Assembly: GCA_902479195.1 (NCBI GenBank)
Contig: CABSNT010000001.1
Span: 1 to 62,524, forward strand
DNA length: 62,524 nucleotides
Direction of reading: 5' to 3'
Origin: an uncultured Collinsella sp.
GTDB taxonomy: Bacteria; Actinomycetota; Coriobacteriia; Coriobacteriales; Coriobacteriaceae
How positions within the stretch are numbered: the first letter of the stretch is position 1; every line of letters starts with the position of its first letter. Shown in pieces: positions 41,821 through 50,423 of the stretch. The notes under the pieces are model-generated. The model had not been told where the DNA came from, searched no databases, and saw nothing but the letters and a program-made list of their open reading frames with translations. Position numbers and translations under genes: made by a program.

Positions 41821-42555
41821 CTACCTCCCCTCCGCCTTCAGCCTCAGCAGCAGGTCGCCCAGCTCGGGGCACTTGCTGGAAAGGCGCGTCTGGGCTCGCT
41901 CGCCCACCCCCCACCGCTGGCGGACTTCCTGGACGTGCGGGCTCACGCGGTAGCCCCCATCCATCACCTGCTTGAGCAGCTTGGCGGTCACGCGCGCATC
42001 GGCTAAGGCGCTGTGGGCGTGACCCGTCGACTCGTCGAACTCGATGCCAAACCACGTTGCCGCGTCACTCAAAGAGACGCACCCGTGGCTGCCCACGTCC
42101 ATGATCGAAGTGTAAAACGCCTGCAGGTCGGCCCAGTCCGTAGGAAATGCGGAAAGGTCCATGTGCTTTGCCTGGCACTCGGTCATAAGCTGTCGATGAT
42201 CCGCCCCGCTCCAGCAAACTATCTGGGCGGAGTAGCGACCGATCCAATCGCTGAGTCTTTTGATCACCACATAGAGCGGATCAGCCATCGCGGTGTCCAC
42301 GGCCGATATCCCCGTAAGCTCGCGGACGGGAAACGCAACGCCTTCGGTAAATTCCGTCTGCACAAACTGCGAGAACTCACCCATAACGTTGCCGTGGTAA
42401 TCGAGCTTGACGGCGCCGACCTCGATAATCTCGTTGCGCAGTCCACGACGCTGGCGCTGCTTTGGCACCGGCGCAAACTCAAAGTCCAGCACAATCTGGC
42501 GCGCAAAGTTCGTCGTATCGATAGCCGAGATACACGGCGTCTTTTCAGCTGACAC
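41821..42555 (-). CDS. DEDDh 3'-5' exonuclease
   Basis: ExoI LDFEF, ExoII WSGAD, ExoIII HSALADA; GTG start with GAAAGG RBS. Confidence 0.85.
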   Translation of the reverse strand: MSAEKTPCISAIDTTNFARQIVLDFEFAPVPKQRQRRGLRNEIIEVGAVKLDYHGNVMGEFSQFVQTEFTEGVAFPVRELTGISAVDTAMADPLYVVIKRLSDWIGRYSAQIVCWSGADHRQLMTECQAKHMDLSAFPTDWADLQAFYTSIMDVGSHGCVSLSDAATWFGIEFDESTGHAHSALADARVTAKLLKQVMDGGYRVSPHVQEVRQRWGVGERAQTRLSSKCPELGDLLLRLKAEGR

Positions 42556-43128
42556 GGTTATGGCCTTTCTCCGTCGCCTGCCGCCTGCTACATAGCTACA
42601 TAAGCGGCTACATTGCCGTAAGGATAGGCGCCCGTGCGGACATGAAGGCGGGACGCAATGCCACGCGCGCCAGGCACACGCCATGTAGACCGCCCCAAGA
42701 GAGTCGCCCGCTCTACTCAAATGCATGAAAAAGTTTAGGCCCGGTGACTTGAATCAGCGGTCATCCCGGGCCCATCAGAGCTCACAGAGCTCTTGGTTGC
42801 TTTGGTCTCGCTCTTCACGGCGCTTATCGAACTTTCCGAGGCACTCAAGCAGCATTCGAAGCATAACAAGTCACTGCCATTAAGGCGCTGACCTCTTGAC
42901 CAAGCAACGGCGCTGCCCAGCTCTTCACCACTTGGGCTGCCGTCGACTTTATTCTATCCGCGAGCATCTGGTTTACCAAATGGATTTTCGGTAAAGGAAG
43001 CACGGCACGCCCGCAAAACCACTACGCCCCAAGTGCCGCCATGGGGATCACCGCCACGCCGTCGTCGTGTGTGCAGGCAATGCTTCCCTTTCCAACCACA
43101 ACCGCCAAAAACGCCGGCGCGGTATTCT

Positions 43129-43424
43129 AAGACGCGCTTTCCACTTGAAGCCATGTCGATTCTGGGACACAGTTTCCGCTTGAAGCCCATCCGGAAAGCA
43201 CGTCCCATTCCGAGGCTTGAATCCGGGACGCAGTTTCCACTTGAGCTCCTGACGGGAAAGCACGTCCCACTCTGAAGCTCGATTCCGGAATACAGCTTCC
43301 GCCAGAGACCTCAACCGGAAACGGCATCCCACTCTGGAGCCAGAATCCGGGACGCATCTTCCTCTTGAGGACCGATCCGGAAAGTGCGTCCCAGTCTGAG
43401 CGCTCATTCCGGGATGCAATTTCC
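43129..43424. repeat. Array A: 62-bp-period alternating inverted 14-mers
   Basis: GGGACRCAGTTTCC-type at 43164/43225/43287/43349/43411; GGAAAGYRCGTCCC-type at 43193/43255/43317/43379. Confidence 0.9.
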
Positions 43425-43506
43425 GCTGGCAGCCAGTACGACAACAGAGGGCCCCGTTCCAGCCATTCGAGGACAGGCTTTACCCCCGAGCAGCGTTATC
43501 CCGCCC

Positions 43507-44886
43507 TCACATCTCGGCAAACGAGATCAGCTTGACGTCTCCCCTATTCTCCGCGGCATCCCGACATCCCTGCGTAAAGCCGCTTTTTGAGAAAAGTGCA
43601 TAGCTTTTTCGTTGCCGTCTAAAGAGCTCGCTTCGGTGCACGAGCTTTTGCAGCACGTCTTCGCCCGCCGGTTCATTGCGCCATTTGCACTCCGCAAACA
43701 GCGCAGCGCCCTCGCCATCGTCAACAATCAAGTCGATTTCTTCCTGCGTATGCGTGCGATTATCCGTCCCCCACCAGCGCCCGACACTCGCCGGAACCAC
43801 ATCGAGCTGGCCCGCGCGCGCGAGTTCGTACACGTATTGTCTGCATATAATCTCAAAGACCGTACCCATGTAATCCGATACGTGCGGCTCAATGCGCTCA
43901 TACGCCATCTCGGCCATATCGTTTTGAATCAGCCCGATGTTCTGCGGCACAAACTTGTACCAGAACCTAAACATCTGATCGCTCAGCAGATACACGGCTC
44001 GCTTATTGCTCGTCTCGTTTAGGGGCAGCTCGCGCTCGACAATCCCAAGCGACGCCAGCTTATCCACATAGCTCTTTACGTTGCTCGCAGGGATTCCCGT
44101 AGAGCTCGCAATCTCCGAGATCTTCGAGCGCCCCTGAGCAATTGCTTGCACGATCGCATCATATTGCTCGGGATTGCGGCACTCCTGCAATAGCAGGTTA
44201 CTCGGCTCCTCAAAGAGATAGCCCGTAGGAGTAAGAAAAAGACGTTTGATGTTGTCCTTGAGCGGTGCGGCAGGATCGACTTTCTCGATATATGCAGGAA
44301 TGCCGCCCGTCATGCCATAGCAAACCGCAGCATCTTCGCGACCCATGCTCTGCCACAGGCCGAGGGTCGTCGTAAAATCGAGCGGCATGATCTTAAACTG
44401 GGCCGTACGCCTACCGTATAGCGGACTCTCGTAGCCCAACACCTGCTCTTCCATAAACGAAAGCGACGACCCGCACAGGATAAGCATAAGCTTGGTCTCT
44501 TTGTACAAGTGATCGATCTTGTCTTGCAGCAACGAGCTGATCTCGGGATTCGATTGGGCGAGATAAGGATACTCGTCGATCACGACAATCAAACGTTCCG
44601 TGCGAGCCATGGTAGCCAATGCATCGAACGCCTCGTCAAAACTACGAAACGACACGCCTGCAGCACCAACCGAACCCGCGAGTATCGCCTGGCTAAAGCC
44701 GTGCAGGTTTGCCTCCGCATTGGTACGACGAGCTTGAAAGTAAATAGCCTTCTTGCCTTGGATGAACTCTGTGATAAGGCGCGTTTTACCCACACGACGG
44801 CGGCCGTAAATCACAGGCATCTCAAAGGAGCCCGTGCCATACAGTCGATTGAGCTCGGACGTTTCCGCTGTTCTTCCGATAAACAT
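43507..44886 (-). CDS. AAA ATPase (ATPase_2 type) + wHTH + DUF234 PD-(D/E)XK domain
   Basis: MFIGR..E, YGRRRVGKT, IDEYPY, GGIPAY and EEIDLIV...FAECKW motifs. Confidence 0.9.
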   Translation of the reverse strand: MFIGRTAETSELNRLYGTGSFEMPVIYGRRRVGKTRLITEFIQGKKAIYFQARRTNAEANLHGFSQAILAGSVGAAGVSFRSFDEAFDALATMARTERLIVVIDEYPYLAQSNPEISSLLQDKIDHLYKETKLMLILCGSSLSFMEEQVLGYESPLYGRRTAQFKIMPLDFTTTLGLWQSMGREDAAVCYGMTGGIPAYIEKVDPAAPLKDNIKRLFLTPTGYLFEEPSNLLLQECRNPEQYDAIVQAIAQGRSKISEIASSTGIPASNVKSYVDKLASLGIVERELPLNETSNKRAVYLLSDQMFRFWYKFVPQNIGLIQNDMAEMAYERIEPHVSDYMGTVFEIICRQYVYELARAGQLDVVPASVGRWWGTDNRTHTQEEIDLIVDDGEGAALFAECKWRNEPAGEDVLQKLVHRSELFRRQRKSYALFSKSGFTQGCRDAAENRGDVKLISFAEM

Positions 44887-44901
44887 AGGGCCATCCTTCC
44901 C

Positions 44902-44957
44902 TTACGTTATAGCTAGCTATATTATACCTTCCTATAATATAGCTAGCTATAACGTAA
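44902..44957. promoter_or_regulatory. Perfect 25-bp inverted repeat carrying divergent TATAAT hexamers
   Basis: TTACGTTATAGCTAGCTATATTATA-CCTTCC-TATAATATAGCTAGCTATAACGTAA. Confidence 0.75.
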
Positions 44958-45011
44958 TTCGACAAGCGGCGCACGCAAAAGGGCGGTATACCACCGCACG
45001 TGAACCGTTCC

Positions 45012-45366
45012 GGAAAATGTATCCCGTTCTGGAGCCAAAAACTGGGCCGTAGTTTCCGCCAAACATGCCATCCGGAAAGCGCGTCCCGTTCTGAGCCTGA
45101 ATTCTGGGATGCATTTTCCGCTGAAGCTTCTACCGGAAAATGCTTCCCATTCTGAGGCTTGAATCCGGGACGCAGCTTCCGCTTGAAGGCCGACCCGGAA
45201 AGTGCGTCCCAGTCTGAGCGCTCATTCCGGGATGCAGTTTCCGTTTGAGGCCCGATCTGGAAACGGCATCCCGCTCTGGGACCGAAATCTGGGACACAGT
45301 TTCCGGTTGAGGGCTGTTCCGGAAAGCGCGTCCCATTCCAAGCGGCGATTCCGGGTCACAGCTTCC
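45012..45366. repeat. Array B: 62-bp-period alternating inverted 14-mers
   Basis: R units at 45012/45074/45135/45197/45259/45321; F units at 45044/45106/45167/45229/45291/45353. Confidence 0.9.
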
Positions 45367-45661
45367 GCCGGCACAGACGACGATCCGCCGCCTTTATCAC
45401 ATGCCTTCAAATATGCGATCCAGAAACACAAAACAGCAGATAGAATGCTCTTTTTCAAAAAGTACACGTCCCGAAACTTACCAAGGTTTCATATCTAGCT
45501 ACCGTTCACGGTCGCCGATTACCGCCCACCGATTCAAACAAGAAATATGTCGCCAAAAGCAGGTCATCTACCTGCATGGTTAGATTTTGGTCAGCTTTTG
45601 GTCAGCTGAGCGGCAAGTTCCAGCTGATACGTTTTTGCTACCCAAAAGGAGGCGGTAGCTC

Positions 45662-46660
45662 ATGACCCATTGCAATGACCAGCTCATCGACCAACTGCTC
45701 ACTCAAGCCGAACAAGAGGGGCGCTGTCTGATTCCCCCGAGCACGGCGATCCGAAAAGCGCTCCTTCGGCGCACCGGCGGCACGGTTGTCTCGCCCATGC
45801 CGGGGTTGTTTGCGCGAAAAACGCGCTGGGATGAACTCAACCGAGCGCAACGCCATTGCGAGATTATCCGCGCCCTTGCGATCATCCATCCCGATTGGAC
45901 GTTCTGCTCGTTTTCGGCAGCTTGCCTGCTGGGGCTCGAGGTCTCGTGGCGGCACCTGAACGTCGTGCATGTTTGCAGCTCGACAAAGCCGTCGGCTCGT
46001 CCGGGCTCACATATTCAGCGGCACCAGATCGAGCCGGCCGGAGCAATACGCAGAGCCGGCATATCGGTAACGCCGCCCATCCAAACGGTCACAGATTGCC
46101 TGCTGCAAACTGGTTTTGCCGACGGCATGCCCATTGCCGATTCGGCGATCTTAAAGCTCGGCCTTGCACGGGAACAGCTGATGGAGGCCGTTGAGCAACG
46201 AGCGACTGCCCGCAATGGTCGCGCAATTCGCACCGCCCTCACAACGCTTCGATATGCCGACGCCCGCGCCGAGAGCGGCGGGGAATCGGTCGCCCGAGCC
46301 GTCATGATCGAGACGGGCTTTGCGCCCGACTGGCTTCAATACGAGCTGACGGACCCCTTCGATTCGGCCAAGCCCATACGAACGGACTTTGCCTGGGAGC
46401 GCCAGGCGCGGGAACTCACGCTGGGCGAGCTCGACGGGCTCATCAAATATACCGACCAGACCATGCTGGCCGGACGCACCACCGCCGAGGCGCTCGTTGC
46501 CGAACGACAGCGCGAGGCGCACCTATCGCTCTACGGCCACCCTCTGCTGCGCTTTACCATGAACGAGGTCCGCTCGGCAGGAATGCTCGCCAAAAAGCTG
46601 CAGACGGCAGGCATCCGGCAGACCGCGCTGCCGACATGGCTCAACGAGGTGGACCTGTAG
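45662..46660 (+). CDS. AbiEi-like N-terminus + DUF559/Vsr-like nuclease-fold C-terminus
   Basis: FCSFSAACLLGL, VTPPIQTVTD, AESGGES..R, RTDFAW, GELDG..KY and ERQRE..L..G..LLR motifs; GGAGG RBS. Confidence 0.75.
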   Translation: MTHCNDQLIDQLLTQAEQEGRCLIPPSTAIRKALLRRTGGTVVSPMPGLFARKTRWDELNRAQRHCEIIRALAIIHPDWTFCSFSAACLLGLEVSWRHLNVVHVCSSTKPSARPGSHIQRHQIEPAGAIRRAGISVTPPIQTVTDCLLQTGFADGMPIADSAILKLGLAREQLMEAVEQRATARNGRAIRTALTTLRYADARAESGGESVARAVMIETGFAPDWLQYELTDPFDSAKPIRTDFAWERQARELTLGELDGLIKYTDQTMLAGRTTAEALVAERQREAHLSLYGHPLLRFTMNEVRSAGMLAKKLQTAGIRQTALPTWLNEVDL

Positions 46661-46703
46661 GAGCTGTTAGGCCAAGCATCGCCGAATCGCATTCCCCCTA
46701 TCT

Positions 46704-47026
46704 GGGCCGCGTTTTCCCAACGGCCACGCCAACGGAAAGCGCGTCCCAGCCTGGACGCTCAAAACGGGACGCACTTTCCGGATGGCGGGCCTGGCGGAAA
46801 GCGTGTCCCGGAATCAGGTCTCGGAACGGGTCGTGCTTTCCGGTTGAGTCCTTCAGCGGAAACCGCATCCCGGAATAAACGCTCAAACTGGGATGCACTT
46901 TCCAAACGGCCGGCCAGCGGAAAACACATCCCATTCTGAGGCACGATTCCGGGACGCAGTTTCCGCATGCGGCCCCGTTGGGAAAGTTCATCCCGTTCCG
47001 GGGCTGGATTCCGGGACGCAGCTTCC
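46704..47026. repeat. Array C: 62-bp-period alternating inverted 14-mers
   Basis: F units at 46704/46766/46828/46890/46951/47013; R units at 46734/46796/46858/46919/46981. Confidence 0.9.
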
Positions 47027-47047
47027 GCATGCGGAGGCGCTCCAAAC

Positions 47048-47079
47048 AAAAGGCCCCGGCTCGCGATGGAGCTGGGGCC
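47048..47079 (-). terminator. Intrinsic terminator after xdh
   Basis: GGCCCCAGCTC..GAGCCGGGGCC-TTTT on the minus strand. Confidence 0.7.
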
Positions 47080-47142
47080 AAAGGCGCAGCATATGCAGTT
47101 GGTGTTGAACGCGGACAGCCCATCGCAATGGCCGTCCGCACC

Positions 47143-49920
47143 CTACCCGCGGTGACGGGCGCGACTGTACGGGGTATCCACCATGGGCAGATCCGGACGC
47201 AGCTTGCCGTCAAATGCGCGGTAGGCATTCTGCACGGCAGGCGCTGTGGGGATCGTTGCGATCTCGCCGATGCCCTTGCCGCCGTATGCCACGGGCAGCA
47301 GCTCGTCCTTTTCCACGTAGATGGCATGGATATCCGGAATCTCGGGCGCGCGGAACAGCCCGAGCGTACCGTACCTTGCCTGGGGCACGCAGTCCTTGAG
47401 CGGCCAGTCCTCGGTAAGCGCATAGCCCATACCCATGAGCACGCCGCCTTCGATCTGACCCTGGATGGAGATGGGGTTGACCACCTTGCCGGAATCATGC
47501 GCGGCATAGACCTCGCTCACGCGGCCGTCATCGTCCAAAATGACCACATGCGTGGCAAAGCCGTAGCAGATGTGGCTCTTGGGGTTGGGAACGTCGGCGC
47601 CCAGTTTGTCGGTCGGCTCCAAGTACACGTAGCCAAACTCGCATCCCTCGAGTGCCTTGATGGCGGCCACAGGATCCTGAGGATGCATACCCTGGCCGGC
47701 GACGAGCTCCTGCGTGTGCAGCTGATAGGCGCGACCGTCGTCGTACTCGATCTTGACGCCGTCGCCATGCGCATTCACGGGAGCGGCGGGCGCAGACTTG
47801 CCGGCCTCGATGTCAAGCATGGCATCGCGCAGCAGGAAGGCGGCACCGCGCACGGCCTCGCCGGTCACGACCGTCTGACGCGAACCAGACGTGGTGCCGG
47901 AGTCGGGAGCGTTCTCGGTGGAGCACTCGCCGTTGGCAATGCAACGAAGCGGCAGGCCACATGCCTCGGCAACGTCCTGCAAAAAGACGGTGTTGCAGCC
48001 CTGGCCGATGTCGGACGTGGCGGCATAGACCACGGCGCGGCCATCCTCGATGCGAATCTTGCAGCGGCCGGCATCGGGCAGGCCCACGCCCACGCCGGCA
48101 TTCTTCATGGCGCAGGCGATACCGGCGTGTCCGGGATGCGCGTAGTAGGCATCCTTGACCTCGAGCAGCGTCTCCTTAAGCGCCGTGGAGCAGTCGGCGA
48201 TCTGGCCGTTGGGCAGAACCTCGCCCGGCTCGATGGCATTACGGTAACGAATCTCCCACGGGTCCAGGCCGACCTTCTCTGCCAGCAAGTCGATCAGGCT
48301 CTCGAGCGCAAACTCGGACTGGCAAACGCCAAAGCCGCGGTACGCGCCGGCGGGCGGGTTGTTGGTGTAGTAGCCAAAACCGCGAATGTCGGTGTTCTGG
48401 TACTTGTAGGGGCCGACGGCATGCGTGCAGGCGCGCTCGAGCACCGGGCCGCACAGCGACGCGTAGGCGCCGGTGTCAAAGTTGATCTCGCAGTCCAGAC
48501 CGGTAAAGTTGCCCTCGGCGTCGCAGCCCAGCGTAAAGGTACCGTCCATGGCATGGCGCTTGGGATGGAACGCGAGCGACTCGGCACGCGTGAGCTTGCA
48601 CTTCACGGGACGCTGGAACTTATATGCGGCGAGCGCGGCCAGATGCTGGATGGACACGTCCTCCTTGCCGCCAAAGCCGCCACCCACAAGCATGGTCTCG
48701 ACGACCACACGCTCGGGTTCGTTGTCCCAGCCAAACATATGGGCGCACTCTTTGCGCGTGTCGTAGGCACCCTGGTCGGTCGACTGCACCTTGACGCCAT
48801 TCTTGTACGGGAAGGCGACGGCGCACTCGGGCTCCAAGAAGGCATGCTCGGTAAAGGGCGTGGTAAAGCGCTGCGTCACGGTAAACGCGCTCTCCGCCAG
48901 CGCCTTGGCGGCGTCGCCGCGCGTCACGTGACGGCTCTGGCACACGTTGTCCTTGAGCTCCACCGTGTTGCCGAAGGCAAAGAAGCTGTCGTGCAGGCGC
49001 GGGGCGTCGGCAGCCCTGGCCTCGACAATGTTGCGCACGGGCTCCAGCGGCTCGTAATCGATCTTTACGAGCTTCTTGGCCTTCTCGAGTGTCGCTTCGT
49101 CCTCGGCGACCACCAGCACGATGGCGTCACCCACGCAGCGGGTGATATCGCCCTGGGCGATCATGACATCCCAGTCCTGGATAAGGTGGCCGACCTGGTT
49201 GACCGGCACGTCCTCGGCGCGCAGGATGCCCACCACACCGGGCAGGGCCTCGGCCTTGGAGGTGTCGATGGAGAGCACACGGGCGCGCGGATACTTGGAG
49301 CGCACGGCGCTGGCATAGGTCAGGCCCGGCTGATCGAGCTCGTCGATGTCGTCGGGATACTTGCCCTCGCCGAGCACCTTCTTGCGCACGTCAATACGGA
49401 AGGCGCGCTTGCCCACGCCGTAGTCATCGCCGCGCTCCAGGTCCTCGTCGATCTGCTTTTCGCCGCGGAGCACCGCAGCGGCCAGCGAGATGCCCTCGAT
49501 AATCTTTTTGTAGCCGGTGCAGCGGCAAACGTTACCGCGAATGGCGTACTTAATCTGCTCCTCGGTGGGCTCGGGGTCCTCGGCGATGAGCGCTGCGCCC
49601 GCCATGACCATGCCGGGAATGCAAAAGCCGCACTGCACGGCGCCCACGGCGCCAAAGGCGTACACAAAGGCCTCGCGCACGTCCTCGGGCAGGCCCTCGA
49701 CGGTCACGATGTTGCGACCGGCGGCAAGAGCGGTGGTCAGCACGCACGCCTTGACGGCCGCACCGTCCACATGGATGGTGCAGGTGCCGCACGCGCCCTC
49801 GGAGCAGCCGTCCTTGGCGGAATGGATATGCAGGTCGTCGCGCAGGTAGCGCAGCAGCGGTTTGTTTTGGGTCGTCGTGCGCTCGACGCCGTTAACGGTA
49901 AAAGTGAATTCCTGTGCCAT
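47143..49920 (-). CDS. xdh: Selenium-dependent xanthine dehydrogenase-family Mo-hydroxylase (2Fe-2S + Mo domains)
   Basis: GCSEGACGTC, QCGFC, CRCTGY, GGGFGGK, AYRGFG and KGIGE motifs. Confidence 0.92.
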   Translation of the reverse strand: MAQEFTFTVNGVERTTTQNKPLLRYLRDDLHIHSAKDGCSEGACGTCTIHVDGAAVKACVLTTALAAGRNIVTVEGLPEDVREAFVYAFGAVGAVQCGFCIPGMVMAGAALIAEDPEPTEEQIKYAIRGNVCRCTGYKKIIEGISLAAAVLRGEKQIDEDLERGDDYGVGKRAFRIDVRKKVLGEGKYPDDIDELDQPGLTYASAVRSKYPRARVLSIDTSKAEALPGVVGILRAEDVPVNQVGHLIQDWDVMIAQGDITRCVGDAIVLVVAEDEATLEKAKKLVKIDYEPLEPVRNIVEARAADAPRLHDSFFAFGNTVELKDNVCQSRHVTRGDAAKALAESAFTVTQRFTTPFTEHAFLEPECAVAFPYKNGVKVQSTDQGAYDTRKECAHMFGWDNEPERVVVETMLVGGGFGGKEDVSIQHLAALAAYKFQRPVKCKLTRAESLAFHPKRHAMDGTFTLGCDAEGNFTGLDCEINFDTGAYASLCGPVLERACTHAVGPYKYQNTDIRGFGYYTNNPPAGAYRGFGVCQSEFALESLIDLLAEKVGLDPWEIRYRNAIEPGEVLPNGQIADCSTALKETLLEVKDAYYAHPGHAGIACAMKNAGVGVGLPDAGRCKIRIEDGRAVVYAATSDIGQGCNTVFLQDVAEACGLPLRCIANGECSTENAPDSGTTSGSRQTVVTGEAVRGAAFLLRDAMLDIEAGKSAPAAPVNAHGDGVKIEYDDGRAYQLHTQELVAGQGMHPQDPVAAIKALEGCEFGYVYLEPTDKLGADVPNPKSHICYGFATHVVILDDDGRVSEVYAAHDSGKVVNPISIQGQIEGGVLMGMGYALTEDWPLKDCVPQARYGTLGLFRAPEIPDIHAIYVEKDELLPVAYGGKGIGEIATIPTAPAVQNAYRAFDGKLRPDLPMVDTPYSRARHRG

Positions 49921-49932
49921 GGTGATTCCCTT

Positions 49933-50412
49933 CTACACGCCGGCGGCGATGCCGGTGCGGTCGTGGATGGCGCCATGAGGGCAGACGACGGCGCACATGC
50001 CGCACGACAGGCAGTCCACGCCGTCGATATGGGCGCAGTTGTCCTCGATGCGGATAGCGCCGGCAGGGCACTTTTTGGCGCACATACCGCAACCGATGCA
50101 GCTCGTGTCGCAGACCTTGCGCGCAATGGCGCCCTTATCGGTGTTGTTGCAGCGCACCAGAATGTTCTGGTAGCCGGGGACGAAAGCAATCACGCACTGC
50201 GGACACGCCATGCCGCACAGGCCACAGCCCGTGCACTTGGAGCGATCCACGCGGGCGATGCCATCGACCAGCGCAATGGCACCGTGGGGGCAGGCCGTGA
50301 CACAGGCGCCACAGCCAATGCAGCCTTCGCTGCAGCGGGCGTCGCCGCCTGCGGAGGCGCAACCGCTTCCGCAGGCAACGTAGGCCACGTTATGTTGAAT
50401 GGATTTGGCCAT
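49933..50412 (-). CDS. Poly-4Fe-4S ferredoxin (RnfB C-terminal-like)
   Basis: Four CxxCxxCxxxCP motifs. Confidence 0.85.
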   Translation of the reverse strand: MAKSIQHNVAYVACGSGCASAGGDARCSEGCIGCGACVTACPHGAIALVDGIARVDRSKCTGCGLCGMACPQCVIAFVPGYQNILVRCNNTDKGAIARKVCDTSCIGCGMCAKKCPAGAIRIEDNCAHIDGVDCLSCGMCAVVCPHGAIHDRTGIAAGV

Positions 50413-50423
50413 AAGAGACTCGC

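Noticed and set aside
42954..43590. Short ORFs overlapping array A, and likewise arrays B and C
   Set aside because: By-products of the repeat sequence, with no RBS or homology signal.
43129..47026. CRISPR array call for arrays A-C
   Set aside because: The repeats are 14-mers in alternating orientation and are degenerate, the linkers are short and related to each other, and no cas genes are present.
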